64,000 nucleotides of DNA from Lama guanicoe (lineage: Eukaryota). Position 1 is the stretch's first letter. The number at the start of each line of letters is the position of its first letter. Below are positions 27,248 to 41,134 of this stretch, piece by piece. The position numbers and the translations under genes are program-made. The DNA lies in assembly GCA_013239625.1 (NCBI GenBank), contig MU053559.1, forward strand, positions 3,722,607 through 3,786,606. The letters run 5' to 3'. The notes beneath the pieces are model-generated. The model saw only the letters and a list, made by a program, of their open reading frames with translations, ran no database searches and was not told where the DNA came from.

Positions 27248-29831
27248 TGTATGTGTTCGTGTGCGTATGTGTGTGCGTGTCAAATTTGTTTAAACCCAGC
27301 TGGTAGCTGGCAGAGACAGAACCAGAGTTCATGTCTCCATGCTTTTGGTTCAGACTCCCCTGGTCCCTACCTCTGTGCCTCAGTCTCCCTGTCAGAAAGA
27401 TTGGACCCACAGTGCCACTGAGCTGGGGCCTCCATTGAGAGTCTATTAGGATGTGCTTCTCGGCCCGGAGGCTGTAGGCATGAGTGAACACTGATCTGAG
27501 AGACACATGGACCCAAAGATCTCACCCCGCTGCCTAGGCTGGAAAGCACTTCAGCTTGCCCTGACAGACTAGAGCACTTTGTTCATTGCTTTTGGCACTT
27601 TTCCATTTTCCATGATGTATTAGACTGAATTAAGTACATGTCTTACCTTCCGGACTAGTCTCAACGCACCTGAGAGGAAGGACTATACCTCACACGTGTT
27701 TATATCTCCTACACTGCCTTGTAAATAGCAAGGTTCTAAGAAATGCTTGTTAAATGAAGGAATAAAGGGGGGAGTGGAATTCTTGCTTTCTTAAAGCCCA
27801 TCTCCCATCACATCTAGCTCTCCCAGGCCCCAGAAAGTGTCCAGTCTCTTTCCACACAAGTGACTCCCTCTTTTCCCACCTCAGACAAGACCTTGTAGTG
27901 AATGTCAATTTTGCACTGATTTTTAATTATCAATTCCAAACGCATACCCTGTCTAAAATAGCCACAATCAATCTTACCATCAAATTTACTAGAACTGACT
28001 TAGTATAAGGTGCTAAAGGGAAGAGGAAGATGGGAGACTCACTTTCTTAGGGAACCTAAATCCCTAAAAACATTTCCTATGTTAGCATTTCTCATGCTGA
28101 TCTTTATGGATATGATACGAAAACAAAGTCCATGGTCATAAATCTGGGGAATCCTGACTTACAGTTAAACAACTTTTGTTTTAACTGCCTGTCCTCATAA
28201 GACTCCTAATTTGCTAATGGACATCTTGGCTCTCAAAGATAGAATATGGAGCACTTCCAAAATTTATCTAAGCAACAAATCACCTATTTTGCAAAGCACT
28301 GTGGGGATTAATATTGCTTGGAAAATATTCCCTTAGGCATGCTTTCTTCGTTTTCTGGCTGGCACTGGTAGGGCCCTGAGAGAACACGGGAAAACACAGG
28401 CTACAAAGAAGACCTACAATAACCAGAATATTTATTTTCCAAATGCTACAGATGGGAATATATTCGCATGCATACCTCTCCTGCACAAAAGGGGACAGCA
28501 TCCCACAACACTGAGCCGAATAGGAGAAATAAAGTGAAACCACTTGTACATCTAGTTAAAACTGCAAGTGCTCTGTGCTGAGTCTTGGGTCTGGGCCTCT
28601 GCCCCTTGGAAGAGAGCAGTATAGAGAGAAAGTACATCAGAGCAGGTTGAGAGGGTCAAGGGCAAAGCAGAGCTTCTTGCCAGACAGGCTGTTAACTGAG
28701 AGCGTTCACTTTGCATATCCCAGTGACCAAGTAGATGCAGCCCTGCCCCTCTACCGGATGGAGTGACCTCAGTGATGGCTCCGGTGAGCATGATGGGAGA
28801 GATGTGACGAGGGCTTTCAGTGGGAGGGAAGGTGGACCAGGAGCCATCAGATTCTTAGCACAATCTTCCCAACATTTGGACATCAGAAAAGTATTTTTTT
28901 TTAAATCTACAGATTAGAGGAACGTCACAGAAACTCAGGACTTCTTTGGTGGGTGTCCAAATAATTATGTAAATGAGTGAGTGACTGCACCCACGTCTGT
29001 GCCCAGGGTCTACGTTTATCACCTGCTGCTGGTCAGCCAGTGTAAGCCAATAGTGATTTCTTCCCATGTCTCTAAAGCCTGATTTTTTTTTCAGAGACGT
29101 TTATCTGCTGGAAACTAGGCCACTGGGTACTTTGGCAAACACACAAAATTAAATCTCAGCCTGAGGTTCTCTGTGTATCATTCGAGTCTGACAAATTACA
29201 GGAGAGCCATGGGAATGAAAGGAAATGGACTAAAAGTTTGGTCATTGTTTTCTTTGTTTGAAAAACCTGAGATGAGAAAAGTCTTTTAAATGAAAAGGAC
29301 TCAGTTCAGCAGCTTTTGGGATCGAAGTGTTCATTATATTTAACTATAATTAACACTTAAATTTTCTGTGATTCTACCTAGAATTTTCTTCTTCTAGTTG
29401 CACTAAACCCAAGCAGGAGGCAAAAAACCAAAATGAAGTGCTATGAAAACAATACTGGGCTGTTTAAACATAAAGTGGCAACATTAGCATTATTTGTCTC
29501 TTTTCAGTTCCAAGTTCTGTTTGCTCAGGTTAATTATCAACTAGGCTTTCACAGGTCTGTCTCTCTCTCACTTCCGTAGCACCTTGAACCAAATACTTGC
29601 ACTCTTACAACTTTCTCCTGTCTCTAAAGTGAGGATACCTGTCACTTACTAAAACTCTAAGACTCATTGAGTTTTCACAAGGGAAACTGCTTGAGTCCAC
29701 ACTTGAGACAAAGGGCTATAAGCAGCATCAATCCTGTTAAGTAGCAGAACAAGGCAATGACAGAAAAGACTCAGTGGGTCAGTGGGACAGTAGAACTTCC
29801 CTTCTTCAGGAGATTCAGAATGGACAAGATA

Positions 29832-30420
29832 TGGGCACTGAAACCCAGCAGGACCCTGTGGGGCCCTCCCGGGTACAAATCCTTTCCATCCCCCCCCCCC
29901 AGTTTCTTGTTTGTAGGAAATGGGCTTCATTCAGCCTCCTAGACCTTCCCCGAGTTCCAAAGGGCAGATTCAAACAGTTGCTAACCAGGGAGGGGAAGGA
30001 ACGCAGAAACAAGGGAGGAGCAGTGAAGAAACAATAGTGCAGCCTTGGGGCAGGGTCCTGGTTCCTCCTCCAGGACTATGCACAACAATATCTTTGAGTT
30101 CTGCTCAGAAACTATGGCTCCACCCAGGTGGAGGATGGTAACTTCAGGCTGAGCCCAAGATTCCTGGAGAACCGCCCTGTGACCTCCCCATCAACCAATC
30201 AGAAGAAAGTCACACACCCCGCTGGCCTCACCCCAAATTTTGCCTTGAAAAACTTCTCCCAGAAAACCATCAGAGAATTCAAGTGTTTTTTCTGAGAACG
30301 AGCCACCCACCTGTTCTCCTTGCTTGGCCCTGTAATAAACCTTTCTCTGCTCCAAATTCTGATGTTTTGGTTTGTTTGGCCTCACTGTGCCTCGGGCACA
30401 TGAACTTGAGTCTAGTAACA
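29832..30420 (+). mobile_element. Solo ERV LTR (ERV1-like)
   Basis: TG...CA termini, 4-bp near-TSD gata/gatt, CCAAT near 30196 and AATAAA near 30334. Confidence 0.7.
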
Positions 30421-33400
30421 GATTCATAGAACATCAGAGGGTTTTTAAGGTTTCAACTATTAGAAGACCACTCTGCAAAAGTTTCAAAATTCAGGAGCAG
30501 TGATTAAGCCTTTGGGTTGGGGTATTTGGGTGTGTGCTCTGGGGTGGCAGTAGGGGCTATAAGAGTGGGGGCAATGGGGAGGAAATAGAAAGCAAGGAGA
30601 GGGGAGGGAAGGGGAGATATGACCCTCAAACTGGCAACTACATTCTAACCTGAAAGTTCTGAACTTCCAGGAGTTGGGTTATCACAGAGACCAGAGCAGT
30701 TTTTCTTGAGGAAGCTGCTTACTGTAATATTTCACTCAATTCACAAGGTTCTTTTTGCCATTAACCAAAAGGCCAAGGCCCCACTTGAGGAGGTGATAGA
30801 AAAGTTTCACAGCCTTAGTGATAGAAATCCTTTGTGTCTGATCTAACCCCTTTTCTGTGTTGCCATGGAAGGCCAGTCCAAGACAGGAGGCATCTCTAGA
30901 GTACTTCTCAATGAATGGCCAGAAAATGATTTCTATCGTGAATTGCTTTCTATTAAAAATGAAAGAAAGGAAGATAAAAGGAGTTCCGTGGATGTACCAT
31001 GGGACAATGTGAATGTACTTAATGTCACTGAACTGTACACCTAAGTCTGGTTAAGAGGGTAAATTTTATGTTATGTGTATTTTATCACAATTCAAAAAAA
31101 AATAAGTGAAAGGAAAAAAATCTAATAATTAACCTGACTTTGTTATATATTGGGCTGCCACTTCAACTGACTAGAAACTTTAATCTCTAAAAATTAAATC
31201 TGAGATTTAGCCCTAAAAGTTTACAGGGAGAAAAAAGGAGCCTTTGAGAGAAAAAGGCTAATTCTGACCTAGCTTTCTAAGCAGTACAAGGTTTGAAGAG
31301 TAATTTCTGTCATTAAGCTTTCCTTACACCCACAAGAAGTAAATTCAGTCTTTTACACCTGGAGAGGATGAAAGAGAATGGAAGTTACTAATAACTATTT
31401 TTTACAAGTTATGTCCATGTATCTTTATACTGAACACTGGATAGATCCAAGTGAAAATATGTAAACATTTTTAGTCTCTCTACTTTTAAAATCCTATGTA
31501 TAATTGTAACTTAGAGAAGAAAGTAAATAATCCTTCTGCCTTACTTCATTTCTATGACCAAGACAGAATTTCTTATCATGAACACACACCCATTATCACT
31601 TGCCTGCCGACCATTTTTTTTCATCTACTTTGATTTATACAAATTACTTTCAATCCTCTTTTTACCTTTTTTAAATCAGGTAGAGTATAATGGTATAAAA
31701 TAAAATACTCTTATCTCAATCATACGTTGACTAATAAGTCTACATAAGTCACTTTTGAAAAAGAACATAGAACCAACAATACCAAACCATGCCCCAGACC
31801 TCTAGCCTTCGTATTTTAACACACAATAATAGAACCCATCTTCTTCATCCTGCTGAGCCTAACTCGGGGGACCTGGGGGTTTCTTAGGAGTCAGGTGGTC
31901 ACTGAAGGCCAGAGGGGGAACAGATCTATAGCTCAGGGTACAAGAGAAGAGGCCACCTTGGTGAACAGTGCCACATATGACTACTAGGCACACCCACTCC
32001 CCACCAACCCTTGGAGTCCACAGGAGCCCTTACTACCAAACTGGCATCTTAGGACTCCAAAGCCTGTTAGGGTAAGGTGATTTTTGTCTATCTTGAAGCA
32101 GCTTATTAATGGGGTTCACAAGTTAACTCTTTGCCCATGGAATAAGGAAACATGTGATGTAACCCGCAGAACCTGGGCTCAAGAGCTGGAAAGCCTCACT
32201 TTGGCTCCTAAACTCTCTGAGCCTCAGTTTTCTCATCTGTAAGCTGGGAAAATAATGCACATTACCTCACAGGATCATTGAGAAGCACAAATGAGGTAAC
32301 ACAGGTACTGATACATTACAGATGGAAGGCAACACTGATGGCTGGCGTCAGGAGGGATGAACTTTGGTGATTAAAAGAAAGGAGGCAAGACAGGACAATC
32401 AACGTCCCTACAAGAGCTGAACGTCTCTGGCTTCCCGAGTTTCCTGACAAGGGTTGAAAGTGAAAGTAACTTCCTTTGAAGACAAAAGAAAATACTCCTG
32501 TGAGCTGGTATGGAAAAGCATTAGAAGCAGCTTAAAAATATATGTCCCTAATCCAAAAGAAACACCCTATTATGAGCACAGGGTCAAAGACACAGTTTTA
32601 TCTGGCAAGTATTAAGACCAACTAACAAAAATACCTCCTGTGCTTTCAACACAGCCTACCGGCTAAAACAAAGTTCACCTCTTAGCAGTAACAACAAAAA
32701 AAATTACTTAGTATTCCAGAACACACACGTTCTGAAAAACCTTTGATTTCAGTCGTTGGCATAGAAACCTGGAGTAAGTGGCTGTGGGAAGAACAGAACC
32801 AATACCAGGAAAAATTGCTTGCGAAGCTGTTACTATCAGGAAAGCCTACGTTGTTTTAAATAACTCTTTATCACACTATTCTCTAAAAACAAATGTGTGG
32901 TATATATTTATAGTCTCTGTTTTTATTTAGAGAGAATGTGAAAAGCAGGGAGAAAGTGAGAATGCATGAAAATGTCAATTTCTGCTTTAAAGCAGAATGC
33001 AAAATGCCTTGCTCCATCTCTGGGCTCGTTCTCCCTCTTGACACCCTACCTGCATTATTGTGATCTGGAGGAACCCAGGGAAGGCAAAAAAAAAAAAAGA
33101 ATCAAGCACTTCTTCCTTCATCTCTAAGACCTGGCACTGCAAAATTTAACAGAAAAGCCTCCACAACTCATTGAAATTAATTCATAAAACAATCGTAATG
33201 ACGGTGCGTCTTCTTGACGAATGCAAGTAATCAATCAACCCCAGAAGCATTCAAATCCACCTGCTTCCTTTATATCCTCCAAAAGAAAAGAATCGATAAA
33301 GAGAACGTTTTAAACATACCTAGCTGATACCACTTCAAAGCCACCTTTCAGGTTAAAGACAACATGATTAATTTATATTAATTTCACAAATCAGATATGA

Positions 33401-34254
33401 TCTCCCAAATAAACCTGTATCAAATTCACAACATTCATAAAACCTGTTCACTATAGGAACCTATTATATGAGAATCAGGATCTACTAAACCAGAATTAGA
33501 ATAGAGATGCTATTCACAAGAGCCATGAAGGACACAGGCAGAAATGTTCACTAGTGTTATTTATTTACCATTATTGCTTACTTATCTCTTCCCTTTAGAT
33601 GGCAGTCTCCATGTGAGCAGATCATGTAGCCACCACTGCATTTCCATCCAAGAACAATATCTGGTACAGAGTAGACAGCCTACTATTTACTTATTGAACC
33701 AATAAATAAGTTTGGCATAACCATGGGAACCTTCTAAAAGTGAAGCAGATAGACTTAGTCTCTTGGGGAAGAAAAGGGGTAGAAAACACCACTGAACCCA
33801 GTGCTCAGCTTGGAGGCTCAGGCTTAGAACTTCACATTTTCACGTCAAAATTTGCCGTGTAAACACAATCTAGTGAAGGTCAAGAATAGATCTTTGGTGA
33901 ATACTGGAAAACCACCCTAGAGTAGGTTGAAGCTGGACAGAAAAAACAACTGAGGCGTTCTTTAAGGCTGCACATTGGGAAAATGTAAGAGCTGAAGCAG
34001 TCTGGATCATAGAGAATATGGCTTGGTGTAACTAGACGGCCGCAATCTTCCAGTGACTCATTTCACTTCCACTTCATTTCACTGTTATTTACCGAAAAGA
34101 ATACACTGCATTAGATTGTCAAAGCTGGGGCTGTCATGAGAGCTGATGCAGAGTGTCACAAAGACAATTTGCATTATTTACCCAATACACTATCATGCTG
34201 GGAAAAAGTTCATTTTTCCCCCTAGAAGTGAACAGAACAGTGAGAGTTGGGATC

Positions 34255-34362
34255 TTTTCTTTTTTTAAGTTTCAACTTTTTTAATGGAGGTACCGGGGAT
34301 TGAACCTGAGACCTCGTGAGTGCTAAGCACATGCTCTACCACTGAGCTATACTCCTACCCCC
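34255..34362 (-). mobile_element. tRNA-derived SINE (short Vic-1-like copy)
   Basis: GTATAGCTCAGTGGTAGAGCATGTGCTTAGCA...GGTTCAATCCCCGGTACCTCC followed by an A-rich tail. Confidence 0.85.
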
Positions 34363-36056
34363 AAGATATTCTTAAATCAGCGGAATTATTTGTTGCTATA
34401 CAGTTTACTACTAATCTTACCTGGAATAGTTAAATGAACATCTTCCTGCTTTTCCCCTAATCTGGCCTCCTCACTTTATAGTTTCCTGCTCATTATAAAA
34501 ACATCCACTACACTGAGTATTTCTCTTTGCAGAAATGACATGATTTATTAGAAACACTAGCAGAAAGGCACTCACTCAGATAAAGTAAATTAACCTCTAA
34601 CTGACTCACTACTTTTTTACCTTAACGTTGCTATCTACCTTGAGTGAAAATATGTGTTCTTTGGCAGGTTAAAGTATGTGAGAGGATGATTTAATGGTAT
34701 TTCTAGTCTCCATCTTTTCTTCAGATGAGATTGTCTTAAATGAAAAGAACAGCGTTTAGCATCTTAAATATACTGTTTATTTGTAAGTAAGTCCAAAAGT
34801 TCACGAAGAGCATGCATGTGGGGTTAGGCAGACCGTTACAGCTTTGTTAAATCACTTTACCTCTCAACCTCAGTTTCCTCATCTATAAAATGGGAATAAT
34901 CGTGCCTGCCTAGCAAGGTAGGTATAAGGATTTAATGAGTTCATGCATAAAAAGTACTTAGTTGTATATTGTGAGCCTGCAGGGAAAATAAAAATATCTC
35001 AGAACCTGAATGTTAGGAAGGAGGAGATTATAAGCATAAGTCAGCTCAGAATCCAGGATAATCATCAGACTCACTTGTTTCCCAGAGGGACTAAAGAGTG
35101 AATTTACACGACTATTTAATTAGCAGTTGAGTGCAAAGGATTTGGTATCTCTCCCTACATTAAATATGCTAATATCTGTAAAAGTACTCAACAAATGATA
35201 GTTGCTATTATTCTTACCATTGTTATTACTTACTAGTCCAGGTAAACACCACGCCGTGCAGAGAAGAGAAAGTGGGGAGGCAAAGGAGTTTTTTCCCTTT
35301 TGATCATGGCCTATTGAAGCCAGCATTCATAAACACTGTATACTTTTGTATACTTTCTTCATTCCTCCCTTGATCTCTGAACCCAGTTTTTCTAAAGGCT
35401 ACTTACTGGTTTGTTTTTTCATGTATCTCACTGCCAGACTGTCCCAAGCATCCCAAACCATCCCAAACTGTCTATCAGAGGTTCCCAAGAATCCTGATCT
35501 CCCTGATTGGGCACTGGTGTGCATATGCCTCAAATATCCTTAATTCCATCTCTGAAAGGCCCTGACGATGCCAGAGCCATATGATTGCTGGGGTAGAGTG
35601 CGGGTGAGATGTCTGTTGAGAAGTGATGTGGTTACTGGGATGGGAATCCTGGCATTAGAATGAGTAAAGGAGCCCTGCCCTATCGACACTAGTTCCAGGA
35701 AGTGGGCTGCAGGGTCAGATCAGAAACTTGATTTCTCAAGGCCCATTTCCAGATTCCAGCTGCTCCATGTTTGGCTTCAGTAAGAAAGAATAACACTGGC
35801 AACAGCTGCTGTTTTTTTGAGTGGGTATCAGCACTCAGAGTTTAAACAATCTCTTGTTTAAACAGTAGGAAACTGCATCACCGAGCTAGACTTCCCAAGA
35901 GTCATGGCTAGGTTACAGAAGAAATTACCAAAGTGTGCAAAGAAATGTCAGTTAAGAATGGGGATGAAAAACCCATTCCGAGTCTTAAGAAGTGACCTCA
36001 AACTACTGTGGTCCTCGGGGCCTTGGAATGGCCTTACAGGTGCCTCCTGCCTGGGC

Positions 36057-36089
36057 TGTGTGTGTGTGTGTGTGTGTGTGTTTGTGTGT
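36057..36089. repeat. (TG)n microsatellite, intron 3
   Basis: Directly visible. Confidence 0.95.
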
Positions 36090-36442
36090 ATCACAGGTGC
36101 CTCCTGCCCTCAGAGGGAGTAGGGGTAGGAGCTAAGAACTCTTAGTTACCCTACCCCACTTAGACTAGGGGTGAGGGTATAGCCTTCACGGACCGCAGTA
36201 GGTGATATAAAGGAGGACCAAGCAGAAACATGACCATTTGCACTGATTCCAGGAGTCCACAGGGAATGTTTTTTAAAAAGAAGAAGGAAAAAAAAAAGAC
36301 AAGAAAGGTAGAATACCACTTGAAAGCAGAGTCTGCTTTTCTGATTGCTTTGGGAAAAAAAAACCCAACTAAAACCAAAAGCAAATGTTTTCCCAAATAA
36401 AATGCTCCCCCACCGGTCACTTGAGTAAAACCTCAGGCTTAC

Positions 36443-36580
36443 CTTGACATATTGAACAAGACGCTCATTTACATTAATCTTGTAAGTTTCTAAACCCAGT
36501 TCCTTAGATAACCGTAAGATTCTGTTCTGGGTCGGTCCCACATAAGCCCCGCCAACATCTACGTAATCAACGTTTTCATT
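36443..36580 (-). CDS. MAOA: MAOA exon 3 ([46 protein letters not shown])
   Basis: 138 nt; acceptor CTACAG, donor GTAAGC; in phase with exons 2 and 4. Confidence 0.97.
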
Positions 36581-36919
36581 CTGTAGAAAGAGAAAAGGTA
36601 GCCGGAAGACTTTAGTTAGAACTTGAAAAAAAATGTTTCTATGTCTTATTAAAAATAACCTTTTTTTTCACAATTTAAATGTGCCTTCTCTCATATATAC
36701 AGTACAACTGAAAATAGCAATCCTCTCTTCTCCACTCAAGAACTGGGCACAACCCTGTATCACTTGTCTAGATCCTTTTCAAAGCATTTAGGTTATTATC
36801 TATGCTTTTCTTTGGAGTTGTTGCTGGAGGAGCCACCCAGAGATTTATTAAGCCTAACTCTGATTTCCAGCAGATGACATCTTCAATCAGCCCACACTGG
36901 TGGGCTCCCGATGCTATTT

Positions 36920-37025
36920 CATTATTTTTTTATTGAAGTATAGTCAGTTTACAATGTTGTGTCAATTTCTGGTGTACAGCACAATGCTTGTCATACATGA
37001 ATGTACATACATTCATTTTCATACT
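36920..37025 (-). mobile_element. L1 3'-end fragment
   Basis: Reverse complement of the L1 3' tail seen at 42073-42612; TSD gatgctattt at 36910 and 37026. Confidence 0.8.
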
Positions 37026-37840
37026 GATGCTATTTTAAAAACACTTGCAGGGGAGAATACATTAAAGGAAAAGAGTAGAAAAAGGTCTAAAAAGATTCAG
37101 ATACCTAAAAAAATTATACATATGCAAACCTTCTTTCATAAACTGAAATTGACTTTCCCCTTCTTAAATACAGTTTACATTTCCCCCGGCTTTTTCGGTA
37201 ACACGTTTCCCATGATTTAATCAATAAATTGAATACTGATGATTCTTCTCTGTGTATGTAATAATTTCTTATGGGTCTGTTTTTACTTTGCTATTTATAC
37301 CAGTTCTAACTCATGTTGCCTTTTCTCCTTGTTTGACTGATTATTTTTTATTGTGTGCCACTCATTGAATTTGAGTACTTTAAAGTACAGAAATAATCTG
37401 AATCTGGGAGGATTATATGTTTCTCAGAGAGGATTTATGTCTGCTTCTTCCCAGCACCTGGGACGCTAACAATACTAGATATCTTTATTGCATTTTCTGT
37501 GCCTGAGATAATTTGAAGCTGGGTTGACATGCAAACGTGGCCTCGACCTTTCGCTGTTCACCCCTAGTGCTGGGACACGGTACAAAACACTCAAAGCACA
37601 AGGAGTTTACCACCACCTCCCTCCATATCCACACACTTTGGTGAGCTCTGGACTTGACCTTCAGTTGCCCAAGCTTTGTTAAGAGTTTTGAAAGTACTAC
37701 TCAGCCTCTCACTTGCTTTAGTGGTCAGCAAACTCCCACCTCCCCAGCCCTGGAGGAAAAGCAGGTCAGTCTTTTTGAGATGTTGCCTCAGTCTTGATTC
37801 TTCACTACTTCAATTATGAGCTCTCAGATGCTTTGGAGGG

Positions 37841-37842
<2 letters not shown>

Positions 37843-37875
<33 letters not shown>
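37843..37875. repeat. (TG)n microsatellite, intron 2
   Basis: Directly visible. Confidence 0.95.
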
Positions 37876-37877
<2 letters not shown>

Positions 37878-37899
37878 GGTTGATTGTCTAGAATTATAC

Positions 37900-40800
37900 A
37901 GCCTTGACTTTGTGGGGTAATCTAACCTGATACTATTTTTCTACTGCAGGATATGCCTTGCTAACATTTTGTTTAGGATTTTTGCATCTGTGTTCATAAG
38001 TGAGACTGAGATTGGACTGTGATTCTCCTTTCTTCTACAGCCCTTGTCTGTTTTTTTTAATACCAAAGTATTGCTAATCTCATGACTTAGTGATCACTTT
38101 CCTCTATTCTCTAGAAGAGTTCATATATTAACAACATGATCTATTCTTTGAGCATTCCATAGAACACACCTGTAGAGCCATCTAAGGCTTAGTACTATCG
38201 TTGTCGGAAAATTTTAAAGTACAGATTCAATTTCTTTTAAGGCTAAAGTGATACTCATATTTTCTATTTCTTCTTAAATCAGTGTTAATTGATAAATTAT
38301 ATAATTTTTGGTAATACACATATTTCATGTTTCAAAACTATTGTTTTAAAGTTCATGACGTCTTTTCATTTACTTATTCTTTATTGTATCAGTAGTTACA
38401 TCTCCATGTTCATCCCTTATATTTTTATTTTTTATTGTTTGAGATGTTTTTTTTCCTTGAAAAATCTTATCAGAAACTTGTTTATTTTTAAAAGTCTCTT
38501 CAAAGAATCATTGTTTCATTGATATCCTTTATTGAGCATTTATTCTCTGTATCATTGATTTACGATCTTTTTTTCTTCTCTTTGGATTTATTACACTCAA
38601 TTTTCTAATTCCTTGAAGGCTTCGCTTATCCATATTAAGCTTTTTTGTTCTTTTCTAATAGAAAAATTTAGGCTATAAATCTTCTTCTAGTATGATTTTA
38701 GCTACATCCAAGACTTTATTTTAGTACTTCCATTATTGTGCAGTTTTAAGTATTTTCAAATTTCCATTACAATTTCTGTCTAAATCCCATGTTTCTAAAA
38801 GTTTTGTTGTGTTTTAATTTCTACAACTGGACTTTTTTAAAGTTATCTTTCTGATAACTGCACTGTGGTCAAAGAATATGGATTATATGATATGAATCCT
38901 TGAGGGTCACTTATGACCTAGTACATGGTTGATTTTTCAAAGATTTTCCATTTCTGCTTGAAAAGAACATGTAGTCTTATGTTAAGTAATATGCATGTTT
39001 TATACATGTCTATCAGAAAAAGATCAATTGTGCTCAGCCTTTTTGTTTGCTTCATTTATTATTAACTTAGTAAAGTATGTTAAAAACTCCCTATTCTACT
39101 GGGCACTTATCTTTGATTCCCATCAATTTTTGCTTTATATTTTGAGGCTACATTATTTAGTTCATACAAGTTTAGAATTGTTCTAAACAATTTTAGAATT
39201 GTACAATTCTAAACCAGAGTTGACCCAGTTTCTGGGTCCTTTATCATTGTGTATGAATACTTACTTCAATGAAACATTTTTTTATTTAAAGTTTATTTTG
39301 TCTGATATTAATATAATTAAAACAGCTTAGGTTATTATTTGTTTTCTATCTTTCAGTTAGAATTTTCTTTATTCTGACATTTCCCCCTCTTTTAATTGAC
39401 AAGTTTAGCCCACTTATATTTATTATTTCATTTAAAATGTCTTAACTTTACTTATTTTATTGTGGCTTTCCATTTGCCCCACTTTAACAGTTTCCTCTCT
39501 GATTTCTTTCCTTCTTTTGGATTAAGGTTTTCTTCTTTTTGTTTTCTTTTTAATTAAGTTTTTTCTTCCACTTGTTTGGAAGTCATACAGTCATATCTTT
39601 ATTTTTAGACATCTTCTTAGCTGTATTAACATGCATACTTAGTACAGTCTAAAGTTTATCAATATCTTATCTTTCTACTGAAAAATACAAAATCCTTCAC
39701 GCATCAACTGTGATCATCCTTCTAATCTGTAAACCATAAAAGTACTTTGTTTTAGGTTCATTTGTCTCCCTACAAATTTGACATTATTTTGTTTTATTCT
39801 GTTCAGGTTGAATTTTATTTAAATATTTACCAATATCTTTGCTCACTGTCCCCTCTTGAATCTCAGACTTTTATTTGTTATCACTTTCCTTCTTCTTAAA
39901 ACACATCCTTTGTAATTTCCTCCAATCTGAGTCCTAAACTCTTTATTTTTGTCAGTCTGATAAAAAGATAGTTCTAGCAAGTAACAAATTCTAGTTACTT
40001 TCTCTCTCGCAGAACAGTGATATTATTTATTTCCCTAGCTTCTGGCATCTATTTTTTACTGTTGAAAAGTCACTCATAAGTCTAATTGTTGATTTTTTTC
40101 TGAGTATTTACGATTTGCTTTTTTTCATTTCTAAAAAAAATTTGCTTTTGAGATCTCTTTTCTTTGGTAAACTGCAGCTTCTCTGTGTCTGGGTGAGAAA
40201 TTCTTTTCATTTATCATGCTGTGGACCTGTTAGACTTCCTGGTGTCTTCCAACAATGCCAGAAAATCCTCAGCCATTATTTTCTTTACACCATCATAACA
40301 CTACCTTCTATGTCTTAGCTGCCCCTGCCCTTGCCCCCTACAACGTTATTTTCCAATCTTTATCTCTGAACAGCGTTCTACATACTTTCTTCACATCTAG
40401 TTCACTCACTCACTTCATCTGTGTTAAAGATACTGTTTAACCCACCCCTGAGTTTTTTCATTTTAACTAGTACATTTTCATTTCTAGAAATTAGTTTTCA
40501 AACTATCTGATTATTTCTTTAGTTTCGTTTCCCTGCTCCGAGTTTCAAGCACTACTTTTCTTTAAAACATGCTAAACAGTAATTTTTTATTCCATGTATA
40601 ATTCAACTGTTACAAAATCTTCCTGGGTCATTTTTTTCTGCTTATCCTCTTTTGGTGCCTTATTTCTTTGTATGCTGTCATTTTTGACTGTGAGTTGTTT
40701 ATTTCCCTTAGAACTTTCTCTGTGTAAGTTATTTGAGGCCTGGGTGGAAAATATTTGAGTCTGTTTCTGCCAGCCACCTTGGCACTGTAAACTAAATATT

Positions 40801-41100
40801 CTGCCTAAGGTTTTTCATACATATAGGTAGTGTAAATTTAGGCAGAAGCCATGGATGAAGACAAATTTTATTTTTCTCTCTTTCTGAATGGTAAGGTTTA
40901 TTTCTCTTTCACTGTCATGTACAGGGTATAGCACTAGGGATTCCAATTTGGAGTACTTCTTATTAAAATTCCCTACCTTCATCAGGTTCTGGATTTTATC
41001 TCCTATTCCTTGCATGCCATACAGCCATTACATTGGCATGGCAAAGTCTTTGGGGTTCAGCAGGCATTCAAGGCGAAAGTCAAATTTTGAGTTCATTTAA
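37900..41100. mobile_element. Ancient, decayed L1M-type remnant
   Basis: Long T-rich stretch with old-L1 phrases such as tttaggatttttgcatctgtgttcataagtgaga and gcactgtggtcaaagaatatgg. Confidence 0.55.
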
Positions 41101-41134
41101 TTCCTAGGCTTCCTGTTGTTACTTTGCTTTGGGG

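Noticed and set aside
34255..34362. tRNA-Ala-like genes here and at 7581, 21956 and 44289
   Set aside because: Degenerate stems and A-rich tails, with TSDs on most copies, identify them as SINEs.
36146..36442. ORF-track read-through past MAOA exons (also at 9578, 6499 and 15265-15387)
   Set aside because: Homology stops exactly at canonical splice sites; the extra residues are intronic.
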